A stretch of DNA of 60,508 nt, the filler included, from Dugesia japonica (lineage: Eukaryota): NCBI GenBank assembly GCA_001938525.1. It is 5 parts of 5 records of this genome, joined end to end, with 100 filler letters (N's around TTAATTAATTAA, not from the genome) between each part and the next. Parts side by side here need not be neighbours in the genome. Positions count along the whole stretch, not along the records: positions 32,575 to 41,422 come from MQRL01575903.1; positions 41,523 to 51,548 come from MQRL01617793.1; 3 more parts are not named here. The stretch is one strand, 5' to 3'. Of this stretch, positions 38,536 to 49,949 are shown one piece after another (the stretch's first letter is position 1; every line of letters starts with the position of its first letter). The notes beneath the pieces are model-generated. The model was not told the DNA's origin, searched no databases, and saw only the letters and a list, made by a program, of their open reading frames with translations. The position numbers and the translations under genes were made by a program.

Positions 38536-39284
38536 NNNNNNNNNNNNNNNNNNNNNNNNNNNNNNNNNNNNNNNNNNNNNNNNNNTATTATTATGTTATT
38601 ATTATCATTATCGTAAAAATATATTTATTACATTTTAATAAGAAGTTTGATTTGGATTTATTTTTGTCATGAAATAAATCTTTTAGTATTAGTATAATTA
38701 TACGATATATTTTTAATTCATTTAAAGGGAAATCATCAAGTAAAAGATATTAGATTTATTTTTGTTTTGTATTTTGTGAAAGAAAAAAGTTTACTTCTTA
38801 GCATTAAATACAATATCGAAAATTCAGCTTCAAATCATTTCGGAATATAATATTCGTTGTAAATGTCATAAGATTTGAATTGTAACTCATCATGAATTTG
38901 TTAAAATGTTTAAAATGTGTATCATATTATTTTTTACAAGATTTTTATTTTATTATATAAAACATTTTAAGTAAATGTATAGAAAAATATTATTCTTACC
39001 ATCAAAGAATTATTATTATTATTTTATTTTTATTTTTTTTATTCTTATCCTTTTTTTATTTATTGTTTTATTTCAGTTAGATAAGAATAAAATTCAGTCC
39101 ACTATATATTCGGATTTGATTTCGTCAATTTTATCTTCAAAAGAAATGGTAGAAAATTAATGTTGAAATTACAATGAAGTTGATTTTATTATAGGCGACA
39201 AAGAATTATATTTCAATTGATGATTTGTTGATATGGATCAATGATTATGATTTTCTAGATCCTTTTCTTAATTTGATGAATCAG
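32869..39284 (+). CDS. EF-hand protein exons, USP32 N-terminus-like (32869-32969, 37719-37795, 39081-39148, 39195-39284)
   Basis: AG/GT-bounded exons encode CCKIFNKNMDGKFTRNDIEYIF (EF-hand loop), LEELIDWLRENRCFSITLLS and SDLISSILSSKEM-ATKNYISIDDLLIWINDYDFLDPFLNLMNQ. The last three exons are phase-compatible; the first two are not, so an exon may be missing. Confidence 0.5.
34300..34436 (+). mobile_element. PLE reverse transcriptase catalytic-motif fragment
   Basis: NKIISFLRFIDDYLAI (RFIDD). Confidence 0.5.
34960..35520 (+). mobile_element. Mariner/Tc1-superfamily transposase remnant
   Basis: Degenerate FFSD(E>V)A...YL...HQNYR motif in a GC-richer segment with many stops. Confidence 0.4.
36019..36276. 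repeat. ~258-bp palindrome carrying two opposed hammerhead motifs (CUGAUGA family)
   Basis: Arms of about 123 bp with loop attatagccg (36143-36152). Each arm contains CTGATGA-t-gacgg-N5-ccgtc-(G/A)AAA-TA(T/C)A-TA-acaa. Confidence 0.85.
36225..36265 (+). ncRNA. Minimal type-I hammerhead ribozyme motif
   Basis: tagt-CTGATGA-t-gacgg-ctaat-ccgtc-GAAA-taca-TA-acaa. The core is intact; stem I has one mismatch. Confidence 0.7.
38483..38536. repeat. (ATT)n microsatellite
   Basis: Perfect ATT run into an N gap. Confidence 0.95.
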
Positions 39285-40440
39285 GTAATTGATTATTATT
39301 ACTTATTTTTTACATAACACAAAATATAAAAAACAATTTTTTAAAAATATTCAAATTTTTTTAAAATAATTTATTTTAATGTTGGCAAATAATTAACCGC
39401 TAATATTTTCAATGAATTTAAAATTTTAATTAATAACCAATGAAAATAAAATTTAATCAAATATATTTCATTTGAGTTGTTTTTTCAAAGTTTATAATCT
39501 GAATTTACTGAATAAGGCATAGAAAAAAAAGCGGAAACACAATTTTGATCTTTTGCTTTTAAAACATTTTATTTTAAATCAAATTTTTTATTGAGTTATT
39601 TTACAGATCAAAGGTTAAGTTTTATAAAAAAAAGATTTATACAAAATTTTGTTTTAATTTTAATTTTTAAAACAATTTTATATTATTTATATAAATCAAT
39701 TGGAAATTTTCTTATCCGTTTACAATTAAATATTTTATAATATTAGTTTTCATTCTATTAATAAATTTAATTTAATATAATTTATAATTAAAATGGAAAT
39801 TTAGCATTTAATAATAGAGATATTTATTTAACCTTATATTTAATTCTTCCCTTTGTAATTCATTACTGAGTTGAGCATATTAACAAAAGATATTTTTTTT
39901 TGAAAATTCTAAATCTTTGCTTTATTTAATTAACTTATCGAATATTTTTTTGAATATTTGTCATTGATTTTCNNNNNNNNNNNNNNNNNNNNNNNNNNNN
40001 NNNNNNNNNNNNNNNNNNNNNNNNNNNNNNNAAAAAAACAATCATCTATTGCAAATGTAATTGTATTTTCTTGCATCATAAAAGCAAAATTTATTACTTT
40101 CCTGTTAATTTTGTTCTGACTTAAATTACATTTGATTGAAAACAACATTAACTACAATTTCATTTTAGTTGCAAAATTTAATTATCAATTTTTTTATGAA
40201 ATAATTTCGTTTTCATATTGTTAGTCTTTATTTCATAAGTATCAGTTTCAAGAACTGGATTTATTAGAATATGGTTTGAATTAATATTTCACAATTATTG
40301 GGTTGAAACATAATTTTACGTTGATTTTAAGTTTTTTATTGTAAATCAAATTTTTAATACACTTTTTTTATTATTGAAAAGTAACATTTATATGAAGTCC
40401 CTTTTTTTCGCTACAAAATCTCAGTAAATTTTTCCAAGTT

Positions 40441-40760
40441 AGTAGGTAGATATTGGCGCATGTAGCCACCCCCAGGTAGAAAAATTTTCAAGGTCAAAAT
40501 GGCAACTTATACTTAATTTTGATTAGTGGAAATTTTTTTCAAAGTCAAAGTAGCCAATTATAGTCGATTTCGATTGACTGAAACATTTCAAGGTTGAATT
40601 TCCAAGGTCGAATGAATGTAGGTCAAGGTTAAAGAAATGTAGGTCAAAGTTAAATGAAATTGGTTCAAGGTAATTTCCATGGCAACTATCGTCCGGACAG
40701 ACTTCATATTTAAATTCCCCGCCCAGATTTAATATTTACATTTCACGCACAGACTTCATA
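40441..40760 (+). repeat. Terminal region of a large DNA element (Polinton-like TIR)
   Basis: Begins AGTAGGTAGATATTGGCGCA and contains repeated aaggtcaa units and ccatggcaac. Confidence 0.4.
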
Positions 40761-41422
40761 TTTTTTGTTTTAATGTTTAATATTTTTTGTTTAAATTAAT
40801 TGATTTTCATGATTTCTTTAAATTTACTGATTTTTGAGATTTTTATTTAAATAAAGTGATTTAATGATTTTTCTGGATTTTTTCATAGAAAATCGATGGA
40901 AAAAATTCATTTTGCTTAAATTTTCAAATTTTGAAGTGAATTTCCCCCGATCAATAATACGATTAGATGCTTTTCAGACAATGTTAAAAATAATATATTA
41001 AAAACAAATGAAAAAGCTAATCAAAACATAAAATTTATTATTGATCTTAAAAAGACTGAAAAAAAAATGTTTCTAAGGAATTTTATTACAATATGACAAC
41101 GAAATTTATAAATAGAGGTTAGATTAATTAATATTAAATTTTAGGTTAATGACTTTCTTTAATAATTATAAGTAAAAAGATTTTATTTTAATAATTTTAA
41201 GTTAACGATTTTATTTTAATTTGATTATAATTTTATTTCAATTTTTATTGTAATGATTTAAACTTTACATAATATTATCAAATTTTAACTAAATGATTTT
41301 TATTTAATTTAATAATTTTAATTGAACTTAATGATTTAACTTAATGATATAACTTAATTAATTTGAAAAGAAGCATATTTACCGGTAATTTATTTTGTTA
41401 TTTAAACTAATTAATTTGTATT

Positions 41423-41522
41423 NNNNNNNNNNNNNNNNNNNNNNNNNNNNNNNNNNNNNNNNNNNNTTAATTAATTAANNNNNNNNNNNNNNNNNNNNNN
41501 NNNNNNNNNNNNNNNNNNNNNN
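41423..41522. other. Artificial contig linker
   Basis: 44N-TTAATTAATTAA-44N. Confidence 0.95.
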
Positions 41523-41845
41523 TTTTAAAATCAAATATAATTTGAATATAAAAAATGAAATAATAATTTTCTTTTGTCACATTATTTTTTTATAAAAATA
41601 AAATATAATTTAAAACGAATAAACTATAAAATGAAATGAACAAAAGATTTTATTTAATATATTTTTTTAAAAATCAAAAATAATTTGAATATAAAAAATG
41701 AAATAATAAATTTCTATTGTAACGTTATTTTTTTATAAAAATTAAATATAATTTAAAACGAATAAAATATAAAATGAAATGAACAAAAGATTTTTATTTT
41801 AATATATTTTTTTAAAAATCTAAAATAATTTGAATATAAAAAATA
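41523..41845. repeat. ~145-bp AT-rich tandem repeat (about 2.2 copies)
   Basis: The unit aaaatcaaa..taatttgaatataaaaaatgaaataataa...gaacaaaagatttt is repeated. Confidence 0.8.
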
Positions 41846-42194
41846 TAAAATTAAATATTTGATTTTTCCGTTTTTAAATATGGATTTTTAAATTTGTTTG
41901 TTTAATTATCTAATGATGTTATACTTTTTATTTTGTCAATAAATTGTCGTATTGAATTTGAATTCTGATGTTAATGATTCCATGAGTTTTCAAAACTCAA
42001 CTAACATGTATAATCAAATATACAATTGTAATGGCTAAACCTTATAAGCTTATTTTAAATCAAATTGGAGCTGCTTCCCACAAAGGTCAGAGTCCAGATG
42101 ACAAAATCTGACTAAAAATTGAATCAGTATATATACTCAAATATCAGTATTTTGTAAAATATTAATAATGAAAATGATAATTTATTTATTTGAT

Positions 42195-42510
42195 AAATTA
42201 TTTTTATGATACAAATATAAATATTTTATAAATTAATTTTTTATGATACAAATATAAATATTTTATAAATTATTTTTATGATACAAATCTAAATATTTTA
42301 TAAAATATTTTTATGATACAAATTTAAATATTTTTTAAATTATTTTTATGATACAAATATAAATATTTTATAAATTAATTTTATATGATACAAATTTAAA
42401 TATTTTATAAATTATTTTTATGATACAAATCTAAATATTTTATAAANNNNNTTTATGATACAAATCTAAATATTTTATAAATTATATTTATGATACAAAT
42501 TTCAATATTT
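42195..42510. repeat. 35-bp minisatellite, about 9 copies
   Basis: Unit atttttatgatacaaatctaaatattttataaatt. Confidence 0.9.
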
Positions 42511-43114
42511 GACGAAACTGATTTCAATAAAACCCGCTTTAAAATACAAAAAAATTCAAATCTGCTTGTAAAAACTACCTTATAATACTGAATTAATTTG
42601 ACATTATATTTATAACATTAAACGTCCTTTTGATAAATTTTATTGTTTATTTTCTTCAAGACTTCATTAAAATAGTAAAGTTATCCATTTTGAAGTTACA
42701 TTGGTTGAAATGCTATCTTCATCATTTAAATCAAACCAAATCACATCACTCAGTTTGTTCATGGTCTTATTTTCCGGTAGACTAATTTTTTCTTGAAATC
42801 ATTCTTTGAGATGATATTCATTTTATCATTTTAAAATTGTTATTGTTTAATATTATTTGTATATTATTTATTTAAATATTTCAAATAACTGCTAAAAAAT
42901 ATTGACAATTATTTCCCATTTCACTCAATCAGTAACTTTAATCTCTTCCAAAACTTACTGTAAATAAAATATTCACACAAATTTTCTTTGATAATGAATG
43001 AAAGCCAAGACAACTTTAGAGTATGATGTATTATTGTTTACTGTGTTTTAATAATTACTTTTCATTAAAACAAAGAAAAAGCTTCGATCAAAATAAAATG
43101 CATTTTTATAGAAA

Positions 43115-43146
43115 TTCAAATTTTCGACACTTGTCTTCTTCAGGAA
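43115..43146 (-). ncRNA. Minimal type-I hammerhead ribozyme motif (CUGAAGA family) in a palindrome arm
   Basis: Minus strand ttc-CTGAAGA-a-gac-aagt-gtc-GAAA-at-TT-gaa. Perfect stem II; NUH site = UUU. Confidence 0.7.
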
Positions 43147-44596
43147 CGGAATGGAATAAGAAGACAATTGTCGACTATTTGAATTTCTATAAAAATGCAT
43201 TTTATTTTGATCGAAACTTTTTCTTTATTTAAATGAAATCTCAAATGCGATCAATGGTTAAGGCCAACAATTATTCTCACAATAATTGTAATTATAGAAT
43301 TAATAATTAGTGTTTTATTACAAGAATAATTGTTAGATTTAACCATTGATTAAATGCTTCGATCAAAATGTTAGTTGTTAGTGTAAGATAGTTTTTAAAA
43401 GCAAATTTGAATTCTTTGTATTTTGAAATGGGATTTATTAAAATCAGATTTTTTAAATTTTTAAATTTGATCATTAAAATAATTTGTAAAATAAATTTTA
43501 AAGTTTATTTGTGTACAGAAAGCGAATGTGAAATTTATAATTTGTGTTAAAAATAAAATTGTATTATAATGTATAAAATGATCAAATTTCTGATTTTCAA
43601 CAAAATAATTTTTATTTTATTTTTAAATTTGTTTGAAAAAAACAAATTTGTATTCTTAGTTTTATTTTGTGAATAAATCTTTCATGGAAACGAGTTTCGA
43701 AATTAATTATCCAATGAGTACTTCAAACTCATCTAACATTTACTAATAATAAACTTTTAATTCTAAGAATATTGATACTAAATTCAATCTCATACGATAA
43801 TTTTTCACCGAGAAATCAATTATTGACATTTTAATTTAAAATCTTTAACCACGTCCTTCATAAGGAAGGAAGCATTTTTAGACTTTTGCATGAATTTGTT
43901 CCCGATCTACTTTTTAATTCTCTATAAAATTATATTGGTTTCGATCCAAAATTTGGATGTCGGGGGGGGGACTATGTTCCTAGAGGCCTCACATCTACCT
44001 ACCATTAAGGAAGTATCTTTAGTATTAAAACGCTGTAACCAAGTTGACGCTGTGCACCTATCAACTACACCAAGACCTTTTTTTCATAAGAATCGCAAAA
44101 TCGCTCGCATAGCTAATTTTTCATCAGACATATTAATGGTAAAATTATATCTAAATATAAATTTGAACATTATCATATATTTAAATCTGAAATTTACAAT
44201 AAAAATGCTTTAGAATTATCTATTTAAATATATATGTTTATAATATCATCAAATGAAATATTTAAACAAACATCTAATGTTATTATGTTGTAAAGGCTTG
44301 TGCGATAATTGCCATCAGGAATTAACTTTAAACAATTTTCGAAATTTCGAATTACTAGCAACTAAAAAAATCATCAAAAAAACCATATTTTGATTGAAGT
44401 TTTTAACTTAATTAAATAATAATTAGTATTTTCAAAAATGCGTAGATAGACACCTCAACAAATTTAGTTCAAATATGGAAAACATATCTTAAAAAACATA
44501 ATTATTCGTATTCAAAAAATAATTTTTACATAGCTTAAGATCTCGCGTATACCGACAAGGAAAATTATAAAATTCGACATTGTTAGCCTTATACAT

Positions 44597-44998
44597 TTGT
44601 CTTTGTTTGAAAAATTACGAAATTATCTTCAGAAATCTAATTCTCAAGATGGTGATGGATTATTAAAAGGAAATATAAACAATAGTAAATTAAAAAATTT
44701 ATCAAACAAAAATTCTTCTGAAAAATCCCTATCCGATCCGGAATTGATTGTTGCAATTCGATTTCCGAGTGGACGAAAAATTATTAAAAATATTACAGAT
44801 CAAACTCAAAATCTGATCGAATTGATTACAGATCTTGGAATTGAAAATAAAGAAAGACTTGATATAGATTATTTACAATGTCTCAATGCAGCAGTTTCTG
44901 ATGGACCGAGAATGTATTCAGATGATCAAATGAAAACTCCAGTTAGGGATTTAAAAATCCAAAATAAATCATTGCTTATTTTCCAATACTCAGATTAG
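44597..44998 (+). CDS. UBX-domain protein, terminal exon (UBXN10-like)
   Basis: DPELIVAIRFPSGRKI...SDGPRMYSD...TPVRDLKIQNKSLL follows the C-terminal UBX fold pattern. The 5' boundary is uncertain. Confidence 0.65.
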   Translation: MSLFEKLRNYLQKSNSQDGDGLLKGNINNSKLKNLSNKNSSEKSLSDPELIVAIRFPSGRKIIKNITDQTQNLIELITDLGIENKERLDIDYLQCLNAAVSDGPRMYSDDQMKTPVRDLKIQNKSLLIFQYSD

Positions 44999-45434
44999 AA
45001 TAACAAATGTGTTTTTTTNNNNNNNNNNNNNNNNNNNNNNNNNNNNNNNNNNNNNNNNNNNNNNNNNNNNTGATAATTTTCTGTGACTTTTGTAAATAGA
45101 TTTCATTTCAAATTTTTTAGTTGTGGCCTTGAATGCAGTTTATTTCAATAAATATCTTTCGAATGTTACTCGTTTTTTCTATTCAATTTATTTATTTGAT
45201 GATTTTGTTTGATTAATTAATTCTTCAATTAATTCAATTAAATTAAAAAAACCTTAATTATTTTACCGTATTTTCGATCTGAAATCCCCCAATTATTGAT
45301 TAAGTCAATAATTCTAGTAAATTCTATAATTTATTAATAAAATTTATATTTNCCCTATCTGAAAATAAGGTATACATTTGTGAGTAAATCAGAGATTATC
45401 TAGAACTACGAAAGAAATTGACAATAATCATTAA

Positions 45435-45586
45435 ACTAACGGAAAACTCCATATAGTATGACTCATACTATTAAATATTATGACCAAAAAAAAGTTCTTT
45501 TTCGAATTTTCATCAAATTTGGTCATACTATTTATTAGTATGATTATTGAAAAAAATAGTCATACTATTAGGAGTTATCTGTTAGT
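45435..45586. mobile_element. Palindromic MITE
   Basis: TIRs actaacggaaaactccatatagtatgact / agtcatactattaggagttatctgttagt, with internal tagtatgac repeats. Confidence 0.65.
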
Positions 45587-46139
45587 ATAATCGACATTGA
45601 CAGCTAAATGACAGCATATATTTTACAGTCTTTATTTGTTGATTAAGTCAGATATTGGAAATCACTATTTTCTTTTTTTCAAAATGGAAGAAAATAATAT
45701 GGATTTACAAAAAAGAAGAGCTGTTAATTCGAAGCAATTTATTAATGAATAACGTCGTGGTTTCTTTAAATAGTTATTGCAAATAAAGGAACAACAAAAT
45801 TATAACATGGTGCTACTAATAAAGTTTCAGCTAAATTTTCTATTAAATCGTTTGTATAAAATTAATTTAATAAATTTACAATTACAAGAGTTATTGAGCG
45901 AATAATTGTTGGACTTGATCGTGTTGGAGATTTCATTAAATTAAAAACTTCGAATAAAAAGTTGTTTTGGTTTTTTTTTATTGTTTTCATTATGAATTTC
46001 ACTTTTGATTGATTTAATCCAAGTTATAAAAAATTACAAAATGTTTAAATTTTATTGGATAATTTATTTAAGTTTATTTTAATTATTATAAATTNNNNNN
46101 NNNNNNNNNNNNNNNNNNNNNNNNNNNNNNNNNNNNNNN

Positions 46140-46500
46140 AAAGTGTTTGAAGACTTTACTTTCTTTCTGTTTGAGATGTTCCTTAATTCTTGTTTGGATG
46201 TATGCAGAACTATCCAAGCAAAAATTAAGGAACATCTCAAACAGAAAGAAAGTGGTCTTCAAACACTTTCAGCACAAACATAAAATGTCACCAGAACAAC
46301 ATTATATAAAACTAAATAAATGCAATTTATAATTGAAATAAATTTAAACAAATGATCTAATACAATGAAAAACCTTTTGTAAATTTTTCTAATTTGGGTT
46401 GAATCAATCAAAAAGTTAAATTCCTGAAGAAGACAATCGAAAATTCGGATAACTACCAAAAAAGTAAAAAAAAAACATTTTGATCGAATCTTTTAATTTA
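46140..46500 (+). mobile_element. PLE 3' end: GIY-YIG endonuclease remnant plus hammerhead-containing terminal repeat
   Basis: Frameshifted CLRC...CRTIQAKIKEHLKQKES..FKHF, followed by aattc-CTGAAGA-agacaatc-GAAA-at-TC-ggat at 46419-46450. Confidence 0.6.
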
Positions 46501-47606
46501 ATAAAATCAATTTAATAGTTTAACATTATTTAATTGAACTAAAATTAATAATAATCGATTATATATAAATAATTTACAGCANNNNNNNNNNNNNNNNNNN
46601 NNNNNNNNNNNNNNNNNNNNNNNNNNNNNNNNNNNNNNNNNNNNNNNNNAAAAGTTCGTGGTCAGTACAATATAAATATGTATAAAACAAATGTATTTTA
46701 GATTTCGATTAAAAAAAATTCTGTTACAACCACGAATTTTTGGGACACCCTAATATGTTAACAGTAAATAATATTTGTTTAAATTAAATGTATTAATTAT
46801 TCGGGTTTTATGATTTGAAAAAACGGTAAATAATAAATAGTCCAACTAAGATCATTTCAGAAATTTAATTTGAAAATAATTAGCTACTGAATTTATTAAG
46901 TAGTTTTTTTATCATTTAAATAAATTTTAAATTTGAAAATTTAAGTGGCCGCTTCTGAAAAATTGGATATTTAATTTTAACATTGTTTTTAATATTGGTT
47001 TCAAAAATATAAAACACTTCTTGCAAAAAAACTTTTCTCTGAAAGAATACAAAAATGCAATTACAATGTGTAAATTTAAATGCTTTTTTTTATAACAATA
47101 TTGAACCATTAAATGAAACTCCTGCCTTCTAATTACTCTTTCGATCGATATTCTCATGTAGATAAACCAACCATCAAATGAAATTTCGGAATTTAAAATT
47201 CTCCTTATTCGTTTTTTCAAATCAAATATTCTTCTAATTAGAAAACAACTATATAATTGAAACTTTCATATTTCTTTTTATTAATTTCATTAAATTACAT
47301 TACAATGACAAATTATTTATGTTTTTGAAACAGCAGTGTATTTAAACTTTTTCCAAAAATTATAANNNNNNNNNNNNNNNNNNNNNNNNNNATTTAGTAT
47401 GTATTTGTGTGTGTTCATTTTAATTGGACAATTTATATATAGCAATTTTTTTACTGAAAAAAAATTTAAGTTGGACTATTTTTATAAATGACAAAAATGA
47501 AAATTCTAATGTATTTAATTAACATTTAATTAAAAATATTAATCATTGTATTTAATTTATTTGATAATTTAATCAATAATCATTAATTGTTTTATATAGA
47601 CTGACA

Positions 47607-48331
47607 ATGATTGATGAATATGTCATAGAGATTGCGAAGAAAATTTTATCTTCTAGTGATTCCAATGTCTCAAAAATTCTTTTGGATTTAAATAAATATC
47701 TCGAATCACTAATTGATGGTAAAGAAGCTATAATAGCATTTACAACAATTTGGAAGAAAAAAATTTTGCCTATTATGCTTTTAGAAATGAAAAGAGATTA
47801 TACAAATGTCGAACCTCGGTCTTGGAATGACGGATTTCTAATTGTTCATACGGTTTATGATGTTTTATCACGAATTATTCCGTCAAATAAATCAGAAGAA
47901 AACGATATTCATAATTGTTTAATACCAGAATTCATTGAAAATCTGTTATGTTTTCTTCGTCAAATTCAGGCCAATTATAATGAATCTCTTGTTCCGGAAT
48001 ACCGAGGAATAATGAATAAATTGGAATTATTGAAAGAAATTAAACGTGTTTTTGAACTTTCAGAAAGTTTTGCTGTTCGATTTTCGGATTACGTTTCGAA
48101 TTTCATTGAATCGCCATGGTTTTTACAAATTTTCATTTCCGACAACGAAGAGATTTCTATTTTAATGTCAGAATGGTTGGTGAAATTAATCAAAATGAAA
48201 CCAAACGTTTTGAAGAAAGTTGGTAAATCGACTGTTAAAGGAATTGGAAATGTCATCTCTACAATATTTGATGAAATTGTGTTTCATTTAGCTAGTAGTA
48301 GAAATGCTAAATTAATTGAAACTCAAGTGAA
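47607..48331 (+). CDS. IQCB1: IQ calmodulin-binding motif-containing protein 1 (NPHP5), first coding exon
   Basis: Colinear with the IQCB1 N-terminus as recalled: D..V..IA..I..S...NV..ILL.L, LL.M..DY......W, LIP...EN.L...RQIQ, S..FL.....DN and I.DE..F.L. Ends at the donor gtaagt. Confidence 0.8.
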
Positions 48332-48926
48332 GTAAGTTTAAATTACTGAATTATCGATTTCCTGAGCAAAAATGTTTTGGCGAAATTTATTTTAAATTTA
48401 TTTACTTATTTAAAATAGTGGAAACATTGTTGAATTGATTAATCCTTTTGGGATCAAATAAAACTTTAGTAAATAGATAGAAACTTTTGCGTCTTACCTT
48501 TAGAATTTTTTTTTTGCTTTCCATTGTTTTTTCTATTACTTTGAATCTTGTTGGATTTTTCTCGGGTCTGTCTATTTTGTCTCTATTATAACTATAAGAA
48601 GATAATTATTAATTAATAATTTCAGCCAATAGTAAGTCATTAAATAGAATATTAATGTTTATTTAATTTTATTACCTTATCGAATAGTTGAGAAAATCCA
48701 CGAAAGACGGTATGTTGAAAACTTAGAAAGTTTCTTAAGAAGGGAAATTAAGCAAATAATCATTAATTAATAATTTCAGCGAATAGGAAGCGATTAAAAA
48801 AATATTAATGATTAATTCTATTGCCGTATTATAATTTGATTTAGTTATCTATTTAATATTGAAATAAATAATGTCTGAAAATAGTAGTTGTGATTTTGAA
48901 AATGGATTATTAATTGAAGATGTACC

Positions 48927-49271
48927 CAGGGTCGGACTGAGCATTTGAAGTGGCCTAGGTAAAGGTTTTAAATCGCTCGACATCTACTTTAACGAGCAAA
49001 AAAAAACAAAAAATATGAATTATTAATAAATATTTGTATTTTATCATTAATTCATGCGTATGGATACTATATTGATTAAACATCGTACCATATTGAGTAA
49101 TGTCTTTTATGCACATACCATAATTTTAATTTACTATAAAAAAAATTTAAGTCTCATGGCGCTCTAATAACTTGTGAAAGATTGATTTAATTTTTTTATA
49201 TATATTTTGCTCCCAATTTACCGTGTGCTCCGGGCCATGGGCTTACTGGCTCGGCTCTAGGACCGGCCCTG
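48927..49271. mobile_element. hAT-type MITE
   Basis: TIRs cagggtcgg / ccggccctg. Perfect 8-bp TSD gatgtacc. Confidence 0.85.
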
Positions 49272-49341
49272 GATGTACCTAACAACAACAACCTAATGAA
49301 AATCTCAGATAAATTCTTGATAAGTCCAAATTTCTTATTGT

Positions 49342-49660
49342 TTAGGTAAAACTTCCTGAACCCATTGAACCCAATACAGTCGGTAGTAATGCAGCCATAA
49401 AACCACCATGTTATTTATACAATATTTTCTTCATGAATTTTCTATTCTTGGTATGCACAAGTTNNNNNNNNNNNNNNNNNNNNNNNNNNNNNNNNNNTTT
49501 TCCAATGCTTGTTTTCTAACTTTGCTTATAATTACATTTCCACGAACAACATTTACAATAATCTCTAGTAAATCATCAGCAACAATTGATGGAAATGACT
49601 GCAAAATTTTTGCTCTAGATCAAAATACGGAAGACTTTGTTGAAATTTCATCATTCTTCC
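49342..49660 (-). pseudogene. Polinton small basic protein with C-terminal QxGG-F hydrophobic tail
   Basis: DDLLEIIVNVVRGNVIISKVRKQALE...KKILYK*HGGFMAALLPTVLG, located downstream of the ATPase. Confidence 0.55.
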
Positions 49661-49949
49661 TTAATAATACACTAATTTATTTGTGTTATAACTGTATCCA
49701 TTTCCCATTTAAATTTGATAGGTTGTAAAACTTGTTCAACTGATTCTGTGATTGTTTTTTTTTATTGACTTCTTGTTAATATTATTTGTTGACTTTTTTG
49801 TCTTCTTTATTGTTTTGTGATCTTTTATAATACTATCTTGTTTACTCTTGAGTTGATCAACTATAACTTTAGTAAATTTGACCATTTGTAAATAAAATAA
49901 GAAACTACGTATATTGTTTATGTACTGTTTTTGGGTTGAAAATATCAGT

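Noticed and set aside
42195-42510. CRISPR-like array
   Set aside because: Head-to-tail 35-bp minisatellite with no unique spacers, in a eukaryotic context.
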